A stretch of DNA of 63,956 nt, counting the filler, from Reclinomonas americana ATCC 50394 (lineage: Eukaryota), in assembly GCA_048213135.1 (NCBI GenBank). It is 6 parts of 4 records of this genome, joined end to end, with 100 filler letters (N's around TTAATTAATTAA, not from the genome) between each part and the next. Parts side by side here need not be neighbours in the genome. Positions count along the whole stretch, not along the records: positions 43,487 to 51,701 come from PS015446.1; positions 51,802 to 58,328 come from PS015447.1; positions 58,429 to 62,753 come from PS015447.1; 3 more parts are not named here. One strand, 5' to 3'. The position numbers were made by a program, and so were the translations under genes. The notes under the pieces were generated by a model. That model made no database searches. It worked only from the letters and a program-made list of their open reading frames with translations, and was not told the origin of the DNA. Shown here in pieces: positions 48,962 through 59,409 of the stretch. Numbering within the stretch: position 1 is the stretch's first letter; each line of letters starts with the position of its first letter.

Positions 48962-51701
48962 ATGTCGGTGATTGGTATCGACTTTGGTAACGATCGGTGA
49001 GTCTTTGTGCCCGACATGTCCCCTACTCTCTGTTCTCTCTCTCTCCCTCCCTTTCTGCTTCTCTCCACTTCCTAGTCGTCTCGTTTGCACGCGATCTCTG
49101 CGCAAGTGTGTGTGTGTGTTGTCCGTTCCACATATTCTGCGTGCTTGCGTCATGAGGAATTTGTCAGCTGAGACTTACACACTGTGTGATCATTGCCACA
49201 GATGCAAGGTCTCACTGCCTGCAGGCGGCATCGTCGAAGTGGTGCTGAACGAGGTCTCCAATCGCGAAACACCGTTGCGTTTGCTTGCTTGCGTGGGGGG
49301 ACAAGTGCTTGCGTCATGTGTGTGCCATGCTCACGTGTGAGCCACACTCTTCTTCTTCTTCTCCCGTCTTCTCCAACAGAACATTGATTGGCTTCAGCGA
49401 TAAGGAACGCGACATTGGCGAGACGGCGTTGTCCAGGGTGAGTGAGTGAGTGAGTGCGTGAGGTGCTGACGTGGCTGACAACTGGTGTGCTCATCGTCAT
49501 ACACAGCTGTCGATGAACTATGCCAACACGGTGGTCGGCCTGAAGGTGTTCATCGGTCGCAAGTTCAGCGAGTCGATTGTGCAGGATGAGATTGCTCGAG
49601 TGGGATGCACTGTCGTGGAGGGCCAGAATGGCGATGCGGCGTTTGAGGTTTGTGCAGAGAGAGCGAGAGGCTCGTCTTCCTGTGCCGATTGCTCATTGTG
49701 TGGTTTCGGGATCGCACAGGTGGAGTACCAGGGCAGGAAGGTGATTGTGACGCCCGAGCAGTGCGTGGCGGCGCTCTTCCGTCGCTTCAAGGAGTTCGCC
49801 GAGCAAAAGATCGGCAGCAAGGTCGCCGATTGTGTGGTGGCGGTGCCGAGCTACTTCTCCGACGCACAACGCCGTGCCGTGTTCAACTCGTGCAGCATTG
49901 CTGGCCTCTGCTGCCTGCGTGTGTTTAGCGAGAGCGCTGCTGGTGAGACTGGCTGTGCTCACTTTGTTGTGTCGTCTGGCTCACCGTTCCCCCCCGCTGT
50001 GCAGTGAGTCTGCAGTACGCCTTCTCGCGCCTCAGCGAGTTGCCGACCGCCGATCAGGACGCTCGCCTGGTGATGTTTGTCGATCTGGGACACTCGTCGC
50101 TGGACGTCACGATCAGCAGCTTCAACCAGAACGGCTTGAAGGTGCGTGTGTGCGACACACGTTGTGTGACGGGCACACTGTCCTCACTCACCTCTTTTAC
50201 CCGCAGGTGCTGGCTGCCGTGTCGAACCCTCACATTGGCACTCGTGATTTGGATTTGGTGATTGCCGAGTGGGTCCGCGCCAAGTTCCAGGCGCAAACCG
50301 GTCTCGATGTGCGCGAGCGCAAGCGCAACTGGATTCGTCTCCTGGCCGCCGCCGAGCGCTTCAAGAAGCTGCTGTCGGCCAATCGAGTTGTGCCCGTGAA
50401 TGTGGAGAGCATCTTTGGCGATCACGACTTCCGTGGCACGATTGAGCGCGAGGAGTTCGAGTCGCTGGCGCAGGGCACGCTCAGCCAGATGATGGCTCCG
50501 ATTCACACCTGCATTGCCATGGCCAGTTGCGTGTGGCTGTCCCCCTCTATAGTCTGCTGCTTTTATTCATTCGTTTCTCACGTGTGATATACACATTTGC
50601 AGAGGTCGCCGCCACGTCGCTGCACTCGATTGAGATTATCGGTGGAGGTTCGCGCATTCCGGCGTTCCAGCAGCAGGTCAAGGACTTCCTTGGCCAGCCG
50701 AGCCAGACGCTGAGTGCCACCGAGGCCGTCTCGATCGGCGCATCGTGGATGGGCGCCATTCTCAGCCCGTCGTACCGCGTGCGTCCGTTCGAGGTGCGCG
50801 ACACTGTTCCGTACCCGATCAACCTGCACTGGGGCGCCGCCAGCAAGGTCCAGTCGAGCGGCATGGATGTCGACGACACGTCACCTGTTGCGTCACTCAT
50901 CCCACCTCCACTGTCCCGCATTTCTCCTTCTGTGTGTGTGTGTGCTGACCCTCGTCGGCTGCGCAGCTGTTCACTCAAGGCGAGGTGTACCCGGTGATGA
51001 AGTGCATTACGTTCCGCGAGACCGACGACATTATCCTGTCGGTTGAGTACGACCGCCGTGTCGAGTACCGCACGCCCGACGACCACCCTGTGGTGTTGGG
51101 CGAGTTCCGCGTGAAGGGCGTTCCGCGCGATTTGGTGGACGGCAAGAAGCCCAAGGTCAAGGTGCAGCTGCGCATGAACATGCACGGAGTGGTGGAGGTC
51201 GAGTGGGCACGCCTGATCGAGGAGTACGAGGAGGTGGTGGAGCCGGCAAAGGAGGGCGAGGCCAGTGGAGCAGAGGGTGCAGCGGCGGCGGCCGAGCCGG
51301 TGCTGAAGAAGAAGGTCCGCAAGACCGATCTGGAGGTCGAGTCGCGCGTCAATGGACTCACGTCGCAGGTGGTCGAGGTACGCGTGTCTGGGGGGAGGAG
51401 GGGGATGATGTTGGAGGAGAAGACTGACACTCTTCATGTTGCAGCGATTCCGCCAATCCGAAGACGAGATGGTGGCCAAGGACAAGCTGGTGCTGCAGAC
51501 GCAGGAGGTCAAGAATGCTGTGGAGGCCTACATTTATGCCTTCCGAAGCCGCGTGCAAGAGTACGGTGATTTGGTCGACTACGAGGTGGCTGAGGTGAGA
51601 GAGAGGACACTGGATGCAAGTGCAAGGGCTGTGAATGTGCATGATGCTCACAAACGTGTGCTTCTTTTTCGCCGCAGATTCGTGACGCCTTCTTGGCATA
51701 C
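48962..51701 (+). CDS. HSP110/Sse1-type Hsp70-family chaperone; 3' end truncated at a linker gap
   Basis: Motifs MSVIGIDFGN, VLNEVSNRETP, DCVVAVPSYFSDAQRRA, VMFVDLGHSS, IEIIGGGSRIPA, ILSPSYRVRPFEVRD, KVKVQLRMNMHG, KKKVRKTDL and KNAVEAYIY. Confidence 0.93.
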
Positions 51702-52196
51702 NNNNNNNNNNNNNNNNNNNNNNNNNNNNNNNNNNNNNNNNNNNNTTAATTAATTAANNNNNNNNNNNNNNNNNNNNNNNNNNNNNNNNNNNNNNNNNNN
51801 NTCTCCGCAGACAAGGCAGAGGGAGAGGAAGAGCACGCCATTTCACACACACTGGCACACCGCGAGGAGAGACACGCGAAGAGAGCACGCTGATGCACAC
51901 ATTCCAACTCCGCCCCTTATGCAGATGTACATGTGTGTGCGTGTGCATTCTCACGCTGACACGGGCGTGCTCCAACAGCACAAAAAACACGGACATCACA
52001 GACACACGCGCGCACGCGCGCTCACGTCCACACACAAGCTCACACACACATGCGCATGCACGCACCAATGTCGGGAAAGTAGAACTCGCCCGCCCTCTCA
52101 AACTCTGGCAGCTCAGCCATGGAAGCTCGTGTGTCAACTGTAGACGATTGGCGTGGTGCGAATACACAAGCGACTTTATATATGCTGGAAACTGAC

Positions 52197-54223
52197 TCAA
52201 GTAAATCCCGCCTGTGCCAGCGGCCTTCCACTGTCCACTGGCAGCCCTCTTGCCGAGGAGACCGGCACCGCTTCGCCCCCGTTGGTCATGGAGAAGTGTT
52301 CCCGGAAACCGGCGTACCGCAAAAACGCGTCAATCTCATCGTGTCGTGCGACGGGTTGAGCCGCTGGCTCTGCTACGGCGGCGGCTGTTGGTGTTGGTGG
52401 CGCTTGTTGGTGATGTTGTTGTTGCTGCTGTTGGTGTTGTTGTTGTTGTTGTGAGAGGTGCGCGGCGTGGGCAAACACTGTGCGTGGTGACGGCTGGCCA
52501 CTGTGCTGGTATTGCGACATGGCTCGTCGCGCAGGCGAGAGGCTCTGTGAGCCGCCCAGGAGCGTCGACAGGGGCACCGTTACTGTGCTGGACATGGCAG
52601 CAGCGCCGCGGGGCGAGGTCAGGAACGCGTTGTGGTAATGCTGCTGGTAGCTGGCCTCCTGCTGGCGAGCTCGCACGGCATCTCGATCCGACGCCTGCTG
52701 GTACAGCCGCTCAAATGGCGAACCGTCGCGGTACAGCGACCGACTGCGCGGGTTGATCGACGGCACGCCTCGGCTCGGTGAACCTGCACGAATCACGCTC
52801 GTGTGAGACACACTGCTCACTCATCACCCTCTCCGTTCCCCCACACGCAACTGTCTTCGCGCAGCGTGGCCAGCTTCTCCTCGCGCTGCCGTTGGAACTC
52901 ATACGCCCGCTCTACCACGGGCTTGCCCTCGGGAGCCACCTTGCGTGCCAGCTTCTTCGAGCGCTCGTTCAGCTCCGGCTTGAAGGTGAGGTCACGCGTG
53001 CGTTCCTCCTCCATGCGTTTCTCAATCGCGTGCAGATTGTCCTTCTTCACCTCCACCCACTGATGCAGTGCCTCGATGCCGCGGTTGAGGGTCTTGGAGC
53101 GCTTGTTGATCTGCGGCTTGGCCTGCACCTCCTTCAACTCCATGTCCTTCAGTTGCTGCGTCTGCCGCTCCAGCTCCTCCTTTCGTTGCGTCTCCAACAC
53201 GTCCATGCGCTCCCGGATGGGTGCTACTCAACGGAGGTGAGACACGTGGGGAAACAAAGAGACGCGATGTGGGCGACAAACCGAGAGAGGCCGTCAGCTT
53301 TCGCGATTTCTTCGAGATCTCCGGTCGATTCCTCAGCTCGGCTGTCTCCGCGGCCTCACGCTCCGCACGAATCGCATCACGCTTCACCGTCGCCGCCTCC
53401 TTGTGCCGCAGCAGCCGCTCGGCCACCAGCTTGGCTCGGGACATTGTAATCTTCTTGTTTGACGGTCGCCATCCGGGCGTGTCGGCATCCACACTCTCCC
53501 CTCGCGCCGACCCACGTGCCGACGCCGCTGTCGCAGCCACCACCGCCCCTGCAGCGGCCGCCGAGCTTGGCGAAGGCGTCGCTGCCGCCTGCTGCTGTCG
53601 TCTCCGCCCTGCCGACGCATCACGCGGTGCCGATCGACTGCGCAAACGAAATCACATGAGTGCAACGACGACGATGGCAGCGAGCGCACGCACGAGAACA
53701 AACCTGCGTCCATTGGAGGCAGCGCGACGTGGAGTCACCGCCGCCGACTCCTCCGCCTCCGGCTCCTCGCGATCCACGCTCACTCGTCGCCGCACCTCCA
53801 CCGCCGTGCCACCCAGCATCTTCGACAGCTCCGAGAGCGCTGCCTGTGTGTGCGTGTGTGCGTGTGTGTGGTGAGACAACAAACACAAGAGAAAAAAATC
53901 GAAGAGCGGACCACTCGCATCAGCAAAACGGACCTCCAACTGATCACGATTCTGGTACGCTGGCACCGCTGCTGCTGCTGATCCTCCCCGCGACAGCGCC
54001 GTGCGCGATGACGTGTCGCCCTGCCGCCCACCTGCGCCATTGGCGGCGGCGTGATAAAAGGCGTTGCCGAGGGCACTGCGCGTCTTTGTGGCTCCTCCTC
54101 CTCCTCCTTGCTCAGAAGAGACACCAAAGAAGCGTCGCGCATCGCTGCCTGCGTCGTCCTCGTCGCTGTCGGTGTAGTAGTGCGCAATCATGCCCAGCGC
54201 ATCCTCAGCACGTACGTCCACCA

Positions 54224-54224
<1 letters not shown>
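52197..54224 (-). CDS. Basic coiled-coil protein with repeated P-x-I/L-N/S-x-x-S-K/R motifs (possibly microtubule-associated)
   Basis: Repeats RPEISKKSRKL, KPQINKRSKTL, TFKPELNERSKKL and PSINPRSRSL, plus FERLYQQA and a polyQ tract. Confidence 0.6.
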
Positions 54225-54265
<41 letters not shown>

Positions 54266-54352
54266 CGAAAAGAAGAAGAGCTGCCGAGCGGCTCCCAATC
54301 AATCCATCTGCTGAAATATCGAAAGAGGGCCCGCTCGCTGTGTCTCTCACAA

Positions 54353-57300
54353 ATGCATCGCAGTGCGGCGGCCTGGTCGGCCTGGCGTGTGCAGCAAGCA
54401 CAGCAAGGCGAGCTGGACGATGTGGAAGAAGAGGTGGCACTGATGAAGGCGTGGATTATGAACTTTCCGGTGGAGTCCTCCGCACTCCCGCTGGCGTCGT
54501 CTGTCACACTAGATGTCGATGGTTTGCGCATGAGGCAAGGAGTGGACAGTGTGTGTGTGTGTGTGTTGCTTATGTGTGGTTGTGCGCAGTGGCGGCGGCG
54601 GCGGCGGTGCAACAGAGTGGAGTGCTCACACCGCTGTCGGCGTTGGTGGTCAGTTTGCCTCCTCGCACACACACACACATATGCTGTCTCTCTCGCTCAT
54701 GAGTGTACGTATGTGCGCGCGCAGACGGATGACTCGTCGTCGTCGTCCATGTCGTCGCCACCGGTGACCACGCGCATGGTGCCGGCATTTGCTGACGATG
54801 TTCGTAAAAGGGGGTTGACTGCCGTCTATGCGTGCGTGTTCGGCCCTGTGCTCACCATTGCGTTGTTGTTGTAGCAGCAGCACGTGAGTGCATCACAGAA
54901 ACCACCGCCGGTGGCGGTGCCGGATGAGGTGCGGCGTTGTGCGGTGGTGTGTTTTGCTGTTTGTGTGGCTTGCTGATCATGTAAGTATACACTCGCAGTT
55001 TCTGCCAGCTCCGGTTCCGTCGTTTGCATCGACCGCGGTGACGGCCACGGCGGCTGCAGTAGCAGCGACACAGCCGCTCCCGTCGCTGGTCAATGTTGCG
55101 GCGGTGAGTGGCCTTTGTGTGCATGTTGTCGGGTGAGGAGATGAGTCTCACACCAGTGGAGGTGCATTGCAGGCGGGAAAGCCGTCGGCAGTCGCGCAGC
55201 AGCAACCGCAGCAGGCATCAGTCACTAACGTCGTTCGCACTGCCGCGCCGCCGCCGCCGCCGCCGCCGACTGCATCTGCTGCAGTTGCGCGCGCGCGTGC
55301 TCTCGGAGCTCACTGGTTTCTTTGCTGCTCACTCGCACCACAGCAGCGCACTGTGCATGTCGTGGACGTCGGCATGGGTGGTGCCGACGACGAAGATGTG
55401 GAGCAGGAAGCGGAGTCGCATGTTAGGTTACCAACGCCGCTGGCATCGTTGGCCCATTACACCGACGGTGATCGGGATAGCGACGGCGAGGTCTGGTGTT
55501 CTGTGTGGACACGCTTCGCTCTACCTCACTGTTGCACTCAACGCTTCACCGTCGTGCGCAGTCGGACGACACCCCGCCGCCCACGCCGACTCCTGCAGTA
55601 CAGGCGCCGTCAACGTTGCCGCCGCCGGAACCGCCGGTCGCACCAAGCTCGCCATTCTTGAGACCATTCGCAGTGGTTTCGAACTCACCGGCCACTCCCA
55701 CTTCGGCTTCCACCGCACCCCTGGCGGAGTTGGTGGGTTTCTTTGATTGCCACGTCGCTGTGCGAATGCACTGTGGAGACATGACTTCTGAATGGTCTGT
55801 CACTGTGTGTCACAGAGTCCGTGGCTGGGAGCGTACAGTGACTCGCACGACTCGGACGACTCGGACAACGAAGCAGACAACGATGTCGACAGTGAGCCCA
55901 TGTCGCCTCCACCTCCACCTCCTCCGCCGCCACCGCCAGCACCAACAGCGCCGCCGCAACCGCAAAAGCAGCATCAGGCGCCGAAGACAACTGTTATGGA
56001 GTCACCGGCGGTCACGCATGCAGCGGCGAATCGTGCAGTGGCTGCAGTGGTGCACAGTGACACTCACAGTGCGACAACGGAGAGCACAGCGGAACCGTCG
56101 GACGCCGACGACACCACTATTCCGTCGCCGGCCATGGTCGGCAAGTCGCCATCGGCTCCCCCAGCTCTGCCTACCAGTGCACTTGGAGACAGCAACGGTG
56201 CACTCGTGAGGCACCCGTCGCTGGATACGTATGAGGAGGAGGAGGAGGAGGAGGAGGCGAATGGGAGAAAGGAGAATGGCGACAGAGGCGACGTCGACGA
56301 CGGTGGTGATGATGACGACGACGACGACGACTGGCAAGTCACCGAAGAGTCCGACGTTTCGGAGGCCGGCAACAGCAAAGGCGGAGTGCCGCAGATTGAG
56401 ATCAGTGCCGTGCCGGGAGGAACGAAGAGACATGCAGGAGAGCGCCGTCATTCTGCTGGCGACGGACGAAGTAACGGTTATCACGGCTCTCATGAGAACG
56501 GCGGCGGCGATGACGACGATGACGACGATGATGAGCTGTTTGATCGAAAATCAGATGCGGAGCACTTTCTGGAGGCTCTGGAGGCCGAGCTTGCCGCCAG
56601 TGCACCGACAAGTCAGCGCAACAGTGCGAGGGGTTCGAGGTTAGCTTTTTTCTTGCTCGTGCGTGTGTTTGTGTGCACGGCGAAGTTTCTCATGCAGCCA
56701 TCGCTGTTGTGCATGCAGCAATGTCTCGCTGTCACTGTCGCGCTCAAGTACACGCAGTGCGCCGCAGAGTGCGCGTGATGTAGAGGTGCAGCACAGTGCG
56801 CGCAGCGAAGGCAGTGCGTATGCGCATGTGGAAGTTCTCGGAGGGGCGACAACAGCGCTGTCAGAGACGCAGCTCAGAGTGCGTCACCCGTGTGCTTGTA
56901 CCTGTTGACAGGCGGTTCTCGTCAACTCACTCACGCATCTCAACGATCGCTGCAGCCACCGGAGGCGAGTCTCGACGGCTCCTATTCCAGTCACTCGATA
57001 TCGGCGCCAGTTTCACCGGCACCAAGTGCAGGATCCAGCGCCAGCTCTCGGTCACGTACTGTTGCTAGCGATAAGGCAATACCCGTGTCTGCTGTAACGG
57101 TGGCTCCCAGTGGTATCGCTCCAGCAGCAAACGAGGCTGTGAAGAAGCAGCTGCCGTTGACTCCTGCTGCTCCTCCGGCTTCAACTGTGCATTCTGTGTC
57201 GACTGCTCCTGTTGCAACTGCGGCTCTTGCCGCTTTGGCCGCGCCGACTGCTTCCATTGTGCCTGCTGCGTTGGCTGTCCATTCTGCTGCTGCGGCTGCT

Positions 57301-58328
57301 CCGACTGCTTCCGTTGCTGGATCAACGCCCGCTCCTGCTGCAGCTGCTATGGCTGCCACGGCTGCTCCAACTGCATCGGCTATCCGTTCTGCTACAGTTG
57401 TACCTGCTGCAACTGTTGTTGCTGGCTCAACGGCTCCACCTGCAGCTGCTGCTGCTCTTTCTGTAACAGCTCCTACTGCAGCAGCTGTCCGCGCCGCCGG
57501 TGCTCCTGTTGCTGGCTCAACGGCCTCTGCTGCATCGGCTGCCCATTCTACTGTGTCTGCTCGCGTCGCATCGGCTACTCCTGTTGCTACATCGACCGCT
57601 CCAACTGCTTCGCAACAAGCGTCGTACAGTGACAGCGACGAGGAACTGGTCGAGAAGGTCTCGAGCGAAGAAGAAGAGGGTGAGGACGACGAAGAGGAGG
57701 GTGGCGACAAGAAGGACGTCAAGTCGGGAACACACCAGCGAATGTTGAAACTGGCGCAGGCGCGGAGTCGCAGGTGAGTGACACCCACTGGATTTCGCGG
57801 TTGCACAGCGTCGCCCCTCACCCTGTACTCCGCAGCGTGCCGTCGGTGGCGTTCTTTGAAGGTGCGGGAGGTCGTGGCCGCAGCTACAGCAGCCACTCGT
57901 CATCGCTCGAGAGTGAACCAGCTGAGGAACCGGAGGTTGCTGGGCGCGCACGAGGCCTCAGTCGCGCCTCTGCAATGACCGACTCGTCTGACATGTTGTC
58001 GGTCACCAGTGGCGGGGCGGCACCCATGCGGTTCAGGAATCCCATGCACGACCACGACTTGCCACCATCGCCGGCCAGATTACTGTTGCCCGAGTATGAT
58101 GTCGCCTTCGAGAATCAACTGTATCGTGGCCCACCTCCGCCGCCACAGCAGCAACAAACAGTAGCGGTATGGACGCGTGTGTATCTGTGTACTGTGACAC
58201 ACTGAGTGAGTCTGCTCACTCCCTTGTTTTAGCCATCGGCTGCGCTCAAGCAAGTGGCAGCCCGAAGAGCGAGCTTGCATCCGGATTTGCTGCGCTCCAC
58301 TACTACCGCCTCTGCGACTGCCGCAGCG
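54353..58328 (+). CDS. Large low-complexity (Pro/Ala/Ser/Asp-rich) multi-exon protein; 3' end lost at a linker gap
   Basis: A series of short exons with GT-AG boundaries and long open frames (55816-56639 and about 56955-57773). No domain recognised. Confidence 0.55.
57160..57612 (+). repeat. Degenerate coding tandem repeat (APTAS / VAGST units)
   Basis: GTTGCTGG(A/C)TCAACG occurs three times and APTAS/APTAA peptides about five times. Codons are rich in T endings. Confidence 0.7.
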
Positions 58329-58480
58329 NNNNNNNNNNNNNNNNNNNNNNNNNNNNNNNNNNNNNNNNNNNNTTAATTAATTAANNNNNNNNNNNNNNNN
58401 NNNNNNNNNNNNNNNNNNNNNNNNNNNNTCTCATCTGTTTAGTATGATCACGTGCATGTTGGCTGATGCACGTCGTACAG

Positions 58481-59188
58481 TCGAGCTGTCGGATATCTTT
58501 TCACTGCAGCTGAACGACGGCAACTCGTACCGCCACTCGATGGTCATCGATTTGCGCAGTGGCGACGAGCTCGAACTGAGCACCACCAATCGACAAGACT
58601 TTATTGTGTTTTTCGATGGCCTCCGTGCGCTGCGCGACGAAGAGCCCAAGTGTGTGGAAACGTTGCAGGAGGTCGGCCTCATGTCGTCCATTCACCAGCT
58701 CGAGCGCGACGAACAGGTGTTTTTTACTGCTGTGTTGTTGTTGTTGTTGTTCATCGCTTACATCGCTTCCTCAGCTGCGCATGTCACGGCGGCGATCGAC
58801 GGTGGCCTCATCGCAGTTTCTGTCGCTGGTGGCGCCGCCATTGCCGCCACCTGTGGACGACGAGTCCAGCATGTCGTCTGTCTCCGAAGTGGATGATCCG
58901 GCGCTCGATGCCGACGCTGCACTCCTCGCCGCCGTTCTCGGCAACCCACACAATCAGCCGTACAACTTTGGCGACATTGACGGACTGGACGACATGGAGG
59001 AGCTGTTGTCGGAGGAAGAAGCAAGCTCAGAGGACCTGCCGCCGCCGTTGCCGGAACCCTTGGGTGGCGCTGGCGCTGCAGGCGAGGGAGAAGAAGCGTG
59101 GTCGTCGGAGGTGTGGGACGCGAACGCGCAGCCTGATGCAGACTTGGGCACCGATGCCGACGCCGACAGTGGCGACGAGATGAGATAG
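58481..59188 (+). CDS. C-terminal exons of an ELMO-like PH-domain protein
   Basis: LELSTTNRQDFIVFFDGLRALRDEEPKCVETLQEVGLM..APPLPPP follows the ELMO pattern of PH-domain end (DGLxAL), helix and Pro-rich motif. Confidence 0.6.
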
Positions 59189-59409
59189 CCTTCGGCCACC
59201 AAGCAGCCGTTGAGGCGGAGTGGCGCTCGCAAGAGGAGGACGAAGACGAGTGTGTCCACAGGGGTGTGGCCGATCGTCGCAGAAAATCGCGACCATTGTT
59301 CTTGCCACGGTGTCGTATAACAGTGTATTGTTTCTTGTTGATGGAGAGGGAGTAGTGACACCGCAGAGAAAGGAGAGGAGGACGAGTTAATTTTCAATTC
59401 TCTTTCACC

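Noticed and set aside
48997..49201. snoRNA (for example U14) in the longer first intron of HSP110
   Set aside because: ATGAGG and CTGA are too close together, and no rRNA-complementary guide was recognisable.
639..57896. Many long antisense or overlapping ORFs in the six-frame track (for example 639-1391, 25022-25771, 56991-57896)
   Set aside because: They are shadow frames of GC-rich coding exons or ORFs running through N gaps, with no independent motifs.
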